NCBI GenBank assembly: GCA_964016885.1
Contig: OZ024742.1
Coordinates: 47,430,001-47,494,000, forward strand
From: Eledone cirrhosa
Lineage: Eukaryota
DNA length: 64,000 nucleotides
Direction: 5' to 3'
Shown here: positions 29,407 through 42,148 of the stretch, in pieces
Position numbering within the stretch: position 1 is the stretch's first letter
Layout of the letters: every line of letters starts with the position of its first letter
Notes under the pieces: model-generated
What the model was told of the DNA's origin: nothing
Databases searched by the model: none
The model's input: only the letters and a program-made list of their open reading frames with translations
Translations under genes and position numbers: made by a program

Positions 29407-29489
29407 TTATGTGTGTATGTATTTGTGTATATATGTATGTATGTGTGTGTGTATATGTGTATGTATATGTGTGTGTGTGTGTATATATA

Positions 29490-29565
<76 letters not shown>

Positions 29566-29614
29566 TGTATATGTGTGTGTGTATATATATATGAATATAT
29601 GTATGAATGGTGTA

Positions 29615-29677
<63 letters not shown>

Positions 29678-29901
29678 ATGTATGGTGCTTTTTCCTTATA
29701 TATGTGTATATATGTGTGTGTGTGTATATATATATGTTTATGTATGTGTGTGTGTGTGTATGTATATGTATATATTTGTTTATGTATATATATATATATA
29801 TATAAATATATATATGTGTGTGTGTTTGTGTGTATGTGTGTGTATATGTATATATGTGTGTGTATGTGTTTTATATATATGTATATATATGTATGTATAT
29901 G

Positions 29902-29990
<89 letters not shown>
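29013..29990. repeat. Compound (TA)n/(TG)n microsatellite
   Basis: About 1 kb of alternating purine-pyrimidine repeats. Confidence 0.97.
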
Positions 29991-29996
<6 letters not shown>

Positions 29997-30028
29997 AGAT
30001 CAAAAGATGGTTAAAGGAGTTCCATGTA

Positions 30029-30095
30029 TTTTATTATGCGCATTTCAAAAACAAACATCATCATGTAATAATATTTGTGTTTTCATCAGATAAAA
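30029..30095 (-). ncRNA. Minimal hammerhead ribozyme in Naiad 3' LTR
   Basis: Reverse strand reads ttttat CTGATGA [stem II] GAAA tgcgc ATA ataaaa, with palindromic ATGCGCAT stem III. Confidence 0.85.
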
Positions 30096-31083
30096 CAGGA
30101 GAACATGATATGAAGGCTAAAAAGCACTTGTGGATAGTGCAGTTTTAAATCAACATATGAAAAGTGGTTTTAGATTGATGTGTGATATTGGGAAAAATAT
30201 TTTATTTAGAGAGGGGGGGTGGAAAGGATGAAAAATGGGAGGAGATGAGAGGGAGAGATGGGTGATAGAGAGAAGGAAGAGATAGTTTTTATAACTGAGC
30301 GGAGATATATTGTTTTACATAGAGAGGTTGAAAACCGTTGGAAGATAATGTATAAATAAAAAATTTGAAATTAACGAAGGGAGGATATGTGCGAGGAAAG
30401 AATATTTTATTTATGGAGCGGGGGGAGGATGAAAAAAGGGGGAGGAGATGAGAGTGAAGGTGGAGAGGGAGAGATGGGTGATAGAGAGAAAGAGATAGTT
30501 TTTATAACTGAGAAAAAGATATATTGTTTTACATAAATTAAAGGAATTTGAAAATTAACGAAGGGAATTTATGTATGAAGATAGAGAGAAAAAATAATAA
30601 TTGTGGATGAATATTCTAACGTCCAAAAAAGTGTGTGTTGATAAGTATTGTGGCAAATTCAAAATTAACGAAGAGAACAATTATTAAGGTTTGTGTGTAG
30701 AAGGATTTGAGAAAAATAATGTGAAGTTAAAGTTTGTATATTGAAGGAATTGATAATATATGCGAATAAGGAGTTAATATGTATTAAGAATGAGTTCGTT
30801 GATGGGGAGAGAAAAAAAAAAAAAATAATAATAATAAATTAAGGATGAAATTGAGATTAAAAAGATTTATGATAGAGAGAAAAAATAATAATGATTGCGG
30901 ATGAATATTCTAACGTCAAAAAAATAAATGTATATGTTATGAAGGATTTTACAAGGTGAAGATAGAATGAGGGTAATGAGTAAACAAGTATTATAAAGTA
31001 AGGTGGGAAGATGGGTATATTTTAAAGAGGTGCATGTATATGTGCCTTTGAGAAAAGATTCTAAATTGATAAAGAATTGAACA

Positions 31084-32684
31084 TTAACTGTATACTTTGT
31101 GAAAAGTTCTATGGAATTTATGCAGGCAGATAGAAAATGAATCTGTACGTCTATTTATTATAGAATCTAGGTTAGAGATAATGGTAAATTTTTCATTTAG
31201 GCAGAGATTACAGATTTTAGATAGAGAGCTGTTCAAGTATGAGGATGCAGAAGAAACCTTCTTCCAAAAGATTGTATATTTATTGTTTTTGTCTTTTAAG
31301 GACCATATGAGTTCTGAGAGAGCAGTGTTGGTTCTTTTAAGTTTGTATTTGAAAGATGAATGATGATTATAGAGACGAGCTTTAAAAGAGGTGGAAGTGG
31401 AGCCAAAATAGGTGAAGGAATTGGTGCTAGTTATAATTTTACATTCATAAATTAAGTTTTTATCGAGACAATGGTTGTTGAGAGGACATTTATTTTTAAT
31501 GCGGCAGTTGCAATTAGAGAGATTATTAATGAGTGACCTAGTGTTATCTATAGAAGGAATTGGATTGGAGAAGTTGTTTGCGATAGGAATAATAGGAATA
31601 ATAGTTTCTTGATTTAGAGTTGGATTATGAACATTTAGCGAAGTTGTGTTTGACGTTGTATTTGTGTTTACAGAAGTTAGCCTAGGGTTTACAATGACGT
31701 CGGGAGTACTATTACTGTTATTATGAAATTCAATGTTGGAAGGAAGAGATTTAGTATTTAGTATTTTATTGTTGTGTTTAGAGATGATGTTGGAAATATT
31801 GGAGGATGTAGAATAAGAAAATTTGATGGTGTGTTTGTTAAATATTTTACTATAGATATGTGAGGGAGGGAAGCATTTATTTAAGGCACTAAAAAATAAT
31901 TTAGGAATATTGTTATTAATAGAGATGGAGAAAGGAGCATTATACCAGATTATGTTTTTGTATCTAGGTATTTTATTAGAATTATTGGAATGATCATGAT
32001 TAATTATTCTACTGTAAGTTTTTCTAGAATTTGTTTCTTTACTATATTTGATTTTATCTGGATAGCCGGCTTTAGAAAGTGCGTTATTATAGTAATTGGC
32101 GTTAGCATCAAAGATGTTTTTATTAGAGGATATGTTAGATATTCTTTTTTCCAATATTACTAACTATAGCATTCTTGATATTGGTAGGATGGTTAGATTT
32201 AAAGTTAACATAATTTAGGTTCTCATTGTTTTTATGGTAAGGGTAATATAGGCCAGTGTCAAGATTAAGAGATACATCCAAGAAATTAGCTAGTTTGATA
32301 CTATTATCAAATTCAATTTTTAGGTTATGTTGGTTAAAGAGATTACGTATATTGTTCTTAATAATATTAAGGTTAACTATATTGCAATTTAGGATAGTAA
32401 AGAGTCCATCGTCACGATAAATTCCACCGCGAAGTTGAGGAATTTTCCGACTCAAAGAGTTCAAAATGAAGATACCAATTAAATCAGTCAATTGTGTTGG
32501 ATCGGATGCTCCCATTGTGATATCGAAGTTGTTAGAGGTATCGGCTCTGGTCCAATATTCGTTGTTGAACTCTAGGATGGTTTTACGTGCGGTGAGGATG
32601 ATGTGAAGTTCATCTGTGGTGATGTTAGAATATTTAAGTGCGAAAGATAGAGCATTATTGAGAAGTGAAGGCGAAATGGAGGAA
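31084..32684 (-). pseudogene. PLE RT (C-terminal half) plus GIY-YIG endonuclease, frameshifted
   Basis: ORFs 32135-32515 and 31084-32154 are split by a single G insertion relative to the right arm. Confidence 0.9.
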
Positions 32685-32737
32685 TCATCCTAGAGTTCAA
32701 CAACGAATATTGGACCTCTAACAACTTCGATATCACA

Positions 32738-34168
32738 ATGGCAGCATCCGATTCATCCCAATTGACTGATTTAATTGGTATTTTCATTTTGAACTCTTTG
32801 AGTCGGAAAATTCCTCAACTTCGCGGTGGAATTTATCGTGACGATGGACTCTTTACTATCCTAAATTGCAATATAGTTAACCTTAATATTATTAAGAACA
32901 ATATACGTAATCTCTTTAACCAACATAACCTAAAAATTGAATTTGATAATAGTATCAAACTAGCTAATTTCTTGGATGTATCTCTTAATCTTGACACTGG
33001 CCTATATTACCCTTACCATGAAAACAATGAGAACCTAAATTATGTTAACTTTAAATCTAACCATCCTACCAATATCAAGAATGCTATAGTTAGTAATATT
33101 GAAAAAAGAATATCTAACATATCCTCTAATAAAAACATCTTTGATGCTAACGCCAATTACTATAATAACGCACTTTCTAAAGCCGGCTATCCAGATAAAA
33201 TCAAATATAGTAAAGAAACAAATTCTAGAAAAACTTACAGTAGAATAATTAATCATGATCATTCCAATAATTCTAATAAAAGACCTAGATACAAAAACAT
33301 AATCTGGTATAATGCTCCTTTCTCCATCTCTATTAATAACAATATTCCTAAATTATTTTTTAGTGCCTTAAATAAATGCTTCCCTCCCTCACATATCTAT
33401 AGTAAAATATTTAACAAACACACCATCAAATTTTCTTATTCTACATCCTCCAATATTTCCAACATCATCTCTAAACACAACAATAAAATACTAAATACTA
33501 AATCTCTTCCTTCCAACATTGAATTTCATAATAACAGTAATAGTACTCCCGACGTCATTGTAAACCCTAGGCTAACTTCTGTAAACACAAATACAACGTC
33601 AAACACAACTTCGCTAAATGTTCATAATCCAACTCTAAATCAAGAAACTATTATTCCTATTATTCCTATCGCAAACAACTTCTCCAATCCAATTCCTTCT
33701 ATAGATAACACTAGGTCACTCATTAATAATCTCTCTAATTGCAACTGCCGCATTAAAAATAAATGTCCTCTCAACAACCATTGTCTCGATAAAAACTTAA
33801 TTTATGAATGTAAAATTATAACTAGCACCAATTCCTTCACCTATTTTGGCTCCACTTCCACCTCTTTTAAAGCTCGTCTCTATAATCATCATTCATCTTT
33901 CAAATACAAACTTAAAAGAACCAACACTGCTCTCTCAGAACTCATATGGTCCTTAAAAGACAAAAACATTAAATATACAATCTTTTGGAAGAAGGTTTCT
34001 TCTGCATCCTCATACTTGAACAGCTCTCTATCTAAAATCTGTAATCTCTGCCTAAATGAAAAATTTACCATTATCTCTAACCTAGATTCTATAATAAATA
34101 GACGTACAGATTTATTTTCTATCTGCCTGCATAAATTCCATAGAACTTTTCACAAAGTATACAGTTAA
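32738..34168 (+). CDS. Truncated PLE polyprotein: RT (YRDD), thumb, Zn-knuckle linker, GIY-YIG endonuclease
   Basis: Motifs GGIYRDDGL, NFLDVSLNL, YVNFKSNHP, IIWYNAPFS, CNC.....CPL...C, LIYECKI..TYFGST..FKARLYNH, CNLCLNEK and CLH. The frame is open but lacks the RT N-terminus. Confidence 0.85.
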   Translation: MAASDSSQLTDLIGIFILNSLSRKIPQLRGGIYRDDGLFTILNCNIVNLNIIKNNIRNLFNQHNLKIEFDNSIKLANFLDVSLNLDTGLYYPYHENNENLNYVNFKSNHPTNIKNAIVSNIEKRISNISSNKNIFDANANYYNNALSKAGYPDKIKYSKETNSRKTYSRIINHDHSNNSNKRPRYKNIIWYNAPFSISINNNIPKLFFSALNKCFPPSHIYSKIFNKHTIKFSYSTSSNISNIISKHNNKILNTKSLPSNIEFHNNSNSTPDVIVNPRLTSVNTNTTSNTTSLNVHNPTLNQETIIPIIPIANNFSNPIPSIDNTRSLINNLSNCNCRIKNKCPLNNHCLDKNLIYECKIITSTNSFTYFGSTSTSFKARLYNHHSSFKYKLKRTNTALSELIWSLKDKNIKYTIFWKKVSSASSYLNSSLSKICNLCLNEKFTIISNLDSIINRRTDLFSICLHKFHRTFHKVYS

Positions 34169-35180
34169 TATTCAATTCTTTATCAATTTAGAATCTTTTC
34201 TCAAAGGCACATATACACGCACCTCTTTAAAATATACCCATCTTCCCACCTTACTTTAAAGGGCATTATACACTCTATAATACTTGTTTACTCATTACCC
34301 TCATTCTATCTTCACCTTGTAAAATCCTTCATAACCTATACATTTATTTTTTTGACGTTAGAATATTCATCCGCAATCATTATTATTTTTTCTCTCTATC
34401 ATAAATCTTTTTAATCTCAATTTCATCCTTAATTTATTATTATTATTATTATTTTTTTTTTTTCTCTCCCCATCAACGAACTCATTCTTAATACATATTA
34501 ACTCCTTATTCGCATATATTATCAATTCCTTCAATATACAAACTATAACTTCACATTATTTTTCTCAAATCCTTCTACACACAAACCTTAATCATTTTTC
34601 TCTTCGTTAATTTTGAATTTGCCACAATACTTATCAACACACACTTTTTTTGACGTTAGAATATTCATCCACAATTATTATTTTTTCTCTCTATCTTGAT
34701 ACATAAATTCCCTTCGTTAATTTTCAAATTCCTTTAATTTATGTAAAACAATATATCTTTTTCTCAGTTATAAAAACTATCTCTTTCTCTCTATCACCCA
34801 TCTCTCCCTCTCCACCTTCACTCTCATCTCCTCCCCCTTTTTTCATCCTCCCCCCCCCTCCATAAATAAAATATTCTTTCCTCGCACATATCCTCCCTTC
34901 GTTAATTTCAAATTTTTTATTTATACATTATCTTCCAACGGTTTTCAACCTCTCTATGTAAAACAATATATCTCCGCTCAGTTATAAAAACTATCTCTTC
35001 CTTCTCTCTATCACCCATCTCTCCCTCTCATCTCCTCCCATTTTTCATCCTTTCCACCCCCCCTCTCTAAATAAAATATTTTTCCCAATATCACACATCA
35101 ATCTAAAACCACTTTTCATATGTTGATTTAAAACTGCACTATCCACAAGTGCTTTTTAGCCTTCATATCATGTTCTCCTG

Positions 35181-35247
35181 TTTTATCTGATGAAAACACA
35201 AATATTATTGCATGATGATGTTTGTTTTTGAAATGGGCATAATAAAA
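35181..35247 (+). ncRNA. Minimal hammerhead ribozyme in Naiad 3' LTR
   Basis: ttttat CTGATGA ... GAAA tgggc ATA ataaaa. One change breaks the stem III palindrome. Confidence 0.8.
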
Positions 35248-35373
35248 TACATGGAACTCCTTTAACCATCTTTTGATCTTATATTATGTATACTCCAGTC
35301 CTACAAACTGTAGAGTGCTTCTTATCCGATATCTGCATTGCTTTATTGTACTACAATAAAACTCACCTCCTAC

Positions 35374-35418
<45 letters not shown>

Positions 35419-35579
35419 GTATATATATGTATATATATCTATGTGTATTTGTGTGTATATGTATACACATGTATATTTGTGTGTGTATGTATGTGTGTGA
35501 GTGTATTTATATGTGTATATATGTGTGTGTGTGTGTGAGTGTATATATATGTATGTGTGTATGTATATATATGTGTGTG

Positions 35580-35632
<53 letters not shown>

Positions 35633-35819
35633 ATGTATATGTATGTATATAGATATATTTATATTTATATATATGTGTGTGTGTATATAGATATATTTAT
35701 ATTTATATATATATGTGTGTGTTTTTATGTGTGTATATGTGTATGTGTATGTGTGTTTATGGTTGCGCGTGAGTGTGTGAGTGAGTATGTTTTTTTTGTG
35801 AATGTGTCTGTTGTTTTTT

Positions 35820-36385
35820 GGCATATAGTTGATTAGTTTAAGAGAAGTTCGAAGATAATTGTAAGATATGCACTCAGTATTTTGAATCTGTCTACAGAAT
35901 TCTCTAAACCTTTGTCACTTAGTAGAACCTTAATGATTTTAGCTTTTAAAGAATCTCCCTTTTCTTTAATTCTATCGACCATGACTGACCCCCCACTGAT
36001 CTTATAGACATCTGTTAGCTTAAGAGAAACTTAATGACAAGGAATGGTGTGCCATCCGGAACCTGTTTATAGAATTCTGTCTGCCCTTGTTACTCTAAAA
36101 ACATAAATAAATAAAAATAAACTATAGCTTTGTAGAATTAGCTTTTAATGAATTCCCTTTTCTATCAACCAATGACCTACACCCATCCCACTCCCCACCC
36201 CTCCTACCACTTGTAGAGACCTATAAATACCTTTTTTATTTTTTGATACCCAGATTCCTGATGATTTCTAAAGAATGAAACAGTTCTAGTCCTGTAGAAT
36301 CTCATCTATATTAAAACTTTTATACTCTGCTATGTATTGAGTACCTTACTTACTGTGGTTACCTCCGATTCAACCCAGAATAACG

Positions 36386-36386
<1 letters not shown>
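35820..36386 (+). mobile_element. Solo PLE-LTR-like fragment of another family
   Basis: Contains an HHR and ends in (TA)n. Its 3' part is shared with 53750-53890 and 59770-59915. Confidence 0.6.
36252..36302 (+). ncRNA. Hammerhead ribozyme type I
   Basis: agattc CTGATGA tttc taaa gaat GAAAC ag ttctagtc ct GTA gaatct. Confidence 0.85.
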
Positions 36387-36418
<32 letters not shown>

Positions 36419-36574
36419 GTACGCAGGCATACGCAGACGTACTCGACACATACTCACACCATACGCACACACTTACTCACAACGCACGCACACACATACA
36501 CAAAGGCACACTCCCGCTCACACACACGCACACGCAGGCACACATACACACACGCACGCACATACACCCACACG

Positions 36575-36605
<31 letters not shown>

Positions 36606-37306
36606 TTATTTATTTATATATATATATATTGGATTTCTTCCATCGTATAGAAACACATTTACATGCAAGCATGCATAACCCATCATATATGCAGATATAT
36701 ACATAGAGAAAACCTAAAGTGGACAGAATTGGTTATATCTATCTACATGAAAACTGCAGCATTGTGGATCAATGGTTCTTCCAATGTGTTCGAATAGTGG
36801 ATTAAGACTGTTAACCGCTAGTGTGTATATCATCAAAAGCGACTTGAAGAAATCAATAAACACTTTAGACGGACACACTCCTTGGCGCCATCTTTTACAG
36901 TCGAAAGTACCTATACGACTTTTCACTTGAGTCTTTCAATACGGAGCATCAAGATATCCGGTGCTCATTTAAACTCTAACGACAGTAATGTTATTGATTG
37001 TTTACTATGCATGCTTTCAAAAGCCATTGAAATCTGTATATGGCCAAGGTTACAGCAGCTCAATTCCACGCCTAACACTTGACTCTTGTTCGTTTTCATG
37101 TTCTACTTTGTTCTTCAATATGATTACATATTGTGCGATTTTACAAACAATATGTTTAATGTGTGACGTTTTTCAATACCAGCTGATAATACCGTAATGT
37201 TGTGCAGCGCGCATACACTCCTTTCTTTCTCTCTCTCTCTCACACACACAAATACACATAAATACATACATACACACGCACGCACACATAAACACACACA
37301 CAGACA

Positions 37307-37361
<55 letters not shown>

Positions 37362-37368
<7 letters not shown>

Positions 37369-38237
37369 AACCCACAGATTCCAAGCAATACCTCTTTTTC
37401 ACATCAAGTCACCCAAAACATACACAACTTAACATTCCTTACAATTTGGCCAAACGTATATGTACCATAGTATCAGATCCACCTAAACGGGAGCAAAGAC
37501 TAAAGGAACTAAAAGACTTAAGAGCCTTTCCACTTGAAATATTCAACAATGGAATAGACAGGGCAAAACACCTAAATCCCCATCAACTTAACAATCCAAA
37601 ACAGAAAACCACACTCAACACCCTGCCATATGTATCCACTTTCAACCCCAGAAATACCGAAATGTTTGATCACCTACACAAAAACCTCCCCATCCTACTT
37701 AAAGATGTAAAAATGAAGTCTATTCTTGAAACACACAAGATCCTTAAAAGTAAAAGACAACCCAAATCACTTAAACGCATTCTCACTGGACCAAATATAC
37801 CCAAACCAATCCTCAACCCTACAGTTACCAAATATGGTAGAACAAACTGTGGAACGTGCCTCTACCTCACTGAAGGACAAACATTTACATTCAAAGATGG
37901 CCAAACATTTACAGTAAAAAACAATTTCACCTGCAACTCGGAGAACTTGATTTACGCAATAACTTGCGGTGGGTGCAAACACAACTACATAGGACAGACG
38001 GGCACCTCATTACGCAAAAGAATGACCATCCACCGCAAACAAATCCGGGACGCTAACACAAGAAAAATCCCCTTGAGCAGCCATATTGCGAACTGCGCAG
38101 GAATGACACTACCCAACTTTAAAATCTTCCCCTTCTACAAGTGCTCAGATTCGTTCACACAGCAACAAAGAATAAACAAAGAAAATCTATTCCTTAACAA
38201 ATTTAAACCAAAACTAAACGGGTTATCACCCCAATAG
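37362..38237 (+). CDS. Neptune-like PLE, RT thumb plus GIY-YIG endonuclease (5'-truncated)
   Basis: [77 protein letters not shown]. The annotated ORF start at 37197 is microsatellite. Confidence 0.88.
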
Positions 38238-38827
38238 AATTGTCATAAAATATAAACACACATACGCACGGAATCACTACTATTAAAGACCAGAGACCAA
38301 TTCTGTAGAATCAGGTTTATTCGTTGACAGACCATGCCTTTGTGTGACCAACACATCCATGTTAAACCCTGCACGTGCACACACATATATCTATATATAT
38401 ATATGCGCACACAGAATTCACCACTGTCGGTTGCGGGGCCCAATCTACAGGAAGAACTCAATGTGATCAGAATAACTTGTATTTTAATTTCACTGTCCCA
38501 ACTTCTTATATTATGGAAAAAATATATGTGTCTGTATGTATATATATATATATATTTGGAGGCCATTTCTCTGTGTGTGGGTGTATGTATGTGTATATAT
38601 GTGTGTGTGTGTATGTGTGTGCATGTGGATGTATGTATTGTGTGTGCGTGTGTGTGTGTGTGTATGTATGTGTGTATCTGGATGTATGCGTATGTGTGTA
38701 TATATATATATATGCCTGTGTGTGTGTGTGTATATATATGTGTGTGTATGTGTATATATATGTGTGTGTGTGTATGTTTGTATGTGTGTATGTATATATA
38801 TGTGTGTGTGTGTGTATGTATGTGTGG

Positions 38828-38873
<46 letters not shown>

Positions 38874-38938
38874 ATATATATATGTGTGTGTGTGTGTGTA
38901 TGTATGTGTGTATCTGGATGTATGTGTATGTATATATA

Positions 38939-38973
<35 letters not shown>

Positions 38974-39400
38974 GTGTGAATGTGTATATATGTGTGTGTG
39001 TGTATGTGTGTATGTATATGTATGTGTGTGTGTATGTATGTGTGTATATGTATATATATATGTATATATATGTATATGTATATGTGTGGATGAAGTGCAC
39101 TAAATCCCTTTCTATCACGCTCCACTCTCCTACCCACCACAGGAAGATATGTGTATGTATATTGCTTCCACCCCCTCACTGACCAGCAGCTGGCCAGTTG
39201 GCGATTGCTAAATCTGACCTTTTTAAAATAACCCACACCCCAAATAACTTCTCATTCACTACCAGAAAGGGACACAGCAGTCAACCTGTTGTTGCTACCT
39301 AGATGAAAACTGCTATGAAATCCCACAATGAATTTTATACTTGAATTTTCAAATCTCAAATTTTAACTCTTCGTATTATTAATTTTTCTTAATATTAATC

Positions 39401-39448
39401 AACATTTGAAAAGATGGCTTTTGCAGACCCATCGAAACCGGTCATTTT
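39401..39448 (+). ncRNA. Minimal hammerhead ribozyme, U3-A8 core variant
   Basis: aacat TTGAAAA gatgg..ccatc GAAAC cg GTC atttt. Confidence 0.7.
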
Positions 39449-39617
39449 TTATAGCCTTTATTATTTCCTTACCTTATAAAATTATGTTTTTTCACAAAAA
39501 AGTATTCTGTCTCTTATATATTCCATGTGCCATTACCAACCTCAATTTTCTCTATAACCTTCGTTTTGTGTAGAAAATTACACTTTTCATATATACTAAC
39601 CTACGCAAATCCGGAAA

Positions 39618-40575
39618 ATGGCACTGGAACAAGACAACACAACTTCAAACTCCAATATAAATGAGGAAATCCTGAAAATCATAAAAGAGATAAATGGAAA
39701 ACTCACCATTCTGACAAAAAAACAGGATATACCCCAAACCACCACACCGACTGACAACCAAATTTATTTAAACGTTCAAAACGTATGCAACTCCATCGAA
39801 AAACTTATGAATACCAACACAGAACAAACGACATTGCTCCATATCAAAATCCAAACGGGACACCTCTGGAAAAAACATCTAAAAACCAGAAAATTCACTT
39901 TCTGGAATATGATAAAAAACCTCAACAAAGCTTGAATTTACCAAAAATGGATTAACTCAACACCGATAGTTTTACCACGTAAATTCCAAATAAAGCATAT
40001 TACAAACGAACCTGAAGTAGAAAGAAAACTCCGTGAACAAATGTCACTCAACAGGATAAACATGGAAATAGAACTCCTAAAATTAAGGGCCACCTCAAAC
40101 GAGCAAGAGTATAAGGATACTGATAAAAATATGGAGGAAGAATGCACTAAAAAGGCCGAGGGAACAACCCTACAAAATTTAATCAAATCGTGGAAACAGG
40201 ACTGCGAGAATGCAGAAACTATTTCCCTTAAACGGTGGGAAAAATCCGAAAACTGGTTCCTCAAATATGAAGAAGACTTTAAAAGGACGCACCAAACAGG
40301 TAACCCCTTTATAAAGCATTTGAACATAACAAGAACTACAACAGACACACTTACACCACCAAACACTAACCACAGGCACATCCCCCACCAACACAAACCA
40401 AATACGGCCAACTACACCAAAAGAAACACACCCAACCACTACAACATAGGTTTCCGTAGAAATGCCCCCTACATAAACCAGCGACGAAATAACATAGATC
40501 CAACTCACAACACACACACCACATTCCTCAGAAGAAATCCACCCAGACCACTTGAAATCACAACAGAACTTACCC
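39618..40575 (+). pseudogene. Helical/coiled-coil-like ORF downstream of the PLE LTR, with one in-frame TGA
   Basis: ORFs 39618-39935 and 40041- share a frame. The only stop between them is TGA at 39933-39935, followed by IYQKWINSTPIVLPRKFQIK... Confidence 0.55.
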
Positions 40576-40582
40576 ACAACTA

Positions 40583-40980
40583 CATGCGAAAAGTCTGCGC
40601 GAAGATGGTGCCAACACTGCTGAACGATGACGAGAAGGGTCGACGCATGCAAGTGTGCCAGGACATCCTCGAGCGTCTGGAAACCGAGCCAGCCCTGCTA
40701 GGGACAGTCATCACCGGTGATGAGTCATGCATCTTCGAGTACAATCCGGAGGGGACCCGTTTTGAAGAAGACGTGGACGACATCAAAAAGGCCGTGACGA
40801 CGGAACTGTGGAGGATCCCGGAAGAATCCTGCCAGGAGTGCATGCAAGCGTGGCAGAAAAGGATGGAAAAGTGCATTAAACTCCAGGGGATTTACTTTGA
40901 AGGAGAAAACTCTTAGTGTGAATTTTGGCTTTGAAAAAATCTTTTGTGACATCAGTCCTGGAACTTTTCTGACACACCTG
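40583..40980 (+). mobile_element. mariner transposon remnant (internally deleted transposase plus right TIR)
   Basis: MRKVCAKMVP.LL, VITGDES.IFEYNPE joined to GTRF..IK..WQKRMEKCIKLQG.YFEG. TIR CAGTCCTGGAACTTTTCTGACACACCTG is followed by TA repeats. Confidence 0.85.
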
Positions 40981-41025
<45 letters not shown>

Positions 41026-41477
41026 TATCCATAAATAGCTGCTCGAGAGAAAATCACGTCATATATGAACACACATACAGAAAATGCCTCTCGTACATAC
41101 AGGTCGGTGTAATTGCGTGGATGTTGAGTTTAATTAACAACCTCTTGTAGCCGCATACGAACTCTCTAAATTGCAAGTGATTTCTAAAGGAGTTTGGAGA
41201 TATTTGAAAAGGTTGCAGCGAAAGATATGTGAGTTTCTATCATATATATGGAGATATTTCGGTATTTCATCAATGCCCCTCATAAGGTATAATTAGGAAT
41301 AAACCCGTAAGAACTGTAATTTAGGCAACAAGTGCAGTGTGTTAAGTTAGGTATATTACTGCAACACTCATCGTCTTCAATGCAATGGCCAACTAATTCT
41401 AATGATCCCGAAGTTTACAAAATATTATATGGAATAAATTATGATATATCCTTTATTTATTTCAGTTATACATTTAA

Positions 41478-41640
41478 GGGCTGGCATCGAATTGACAGAG
41501 CCTCTTGATCAACGTATAACATGATTTGCGGTACTCATTTCAGATCTCTTAACTCTGAGTCCAACCCTCATTTTCATCTTTTCCAGAAGCAGTAAAAAAA
41601 GTACTAATCAGGTAGATTTGTCGACTCTAAATCTACATCA
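41478..41640 (+). mobile_element. tRNA-derived SINE, highly diverged
   Basis: Degenerate head, CTCTGAGT, TTTTCATC..AAAAGTAC core. Confidence 0.45.
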
Positions 41641-42148
41641 CCCCACTTCATACCACCCCTCTCTTCCTGTCTCTCAACTATTGATAGAATCGGCTGTGTT
41701 AAGACTTGGAGTGGAGACGTGTTTTCATAGGATTACAATGCCCAAGAAACGCTGTCAGTCAGTATGGTATCCCCAGGACTCTATCGGGAGTGACGGATTC
41801 ATATATTCATATTTTTACAGACAGTCTCCATTTAAAAGATGTTTCTGTATATTTAAGTGAATGATAGCATATAATAATGTTTTATGAGCAGCGTTAATGG
41901 CTGTTACGGATAGAATGTATTCAAATGACTAATGCTTTTCATACATTGGGACATTTCATTCGTTTTCAGATTTCCGAGATTAGGCGAAGAAGTGTGGCAT
42001 TAAATTCCTTGTTGATATAGAAGGAAACTTGGTAATAGAGAACTCATATAATGTCAATGGTTTCGTCGCCATAAACAATGCGTCTACGAGACCACAAGTA
42101 ATGTTGGAATAAGTGGAAAGTAAAATACAAATATCTAACGGCCTCATA

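Larger units (their letters stand above)
29991..32684 (-). mobile_element. Naiad-type Penelope-like retroelement, 5'-truncated, left arm
   Basis: Reverse strand encodes SISPSLLNNALSFA..ILTARKTILEFNNEYW..FDITMGASD..IYRDDGL through GIY-YIG, with a 1-bp frameshift near 32150. A ~1.1-kb 3' UTR carries an HHR and ends in (TA)n. Confidence 0.92.
32686..35375 (+). mobile_element. Naiad-type Penelope-like retroelement, 5'-truncated, right arm
   Basis: Inverted copy of 29991-32579 (matches to 35285). It extends about 90 bp further 3' and ends in (TA)n. Confidence 0.92.
37362..40575 (+). mobile_element. Neptune-like PLE in partial tandem arrangement (3' end, HHR-bearing LTR, start of next unit)
   Basis: Order is endonuclease ORF, UTR interrupted by microsatellite (38525-39090), HHR at 39401, then a new ORF from 39618 with the same A/C-rich strand bias. 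Confidence 0.6.

Noticed and set aside
29016-30014. Long YI/VC/HT-rich ORFs here and throughout the ORF track
   Set aside because: They are translations of (TA)n, (CA)n and (GA)n microsatellites, which lack stop codons.
32738-35375. Selenocysteine/SECIS in the Naiad element
   Set aside because: All zinc-ligand positions in the retained ORF are TGC/TGT with no in-frame TGA, and I cannot identify a SECIS by eye.
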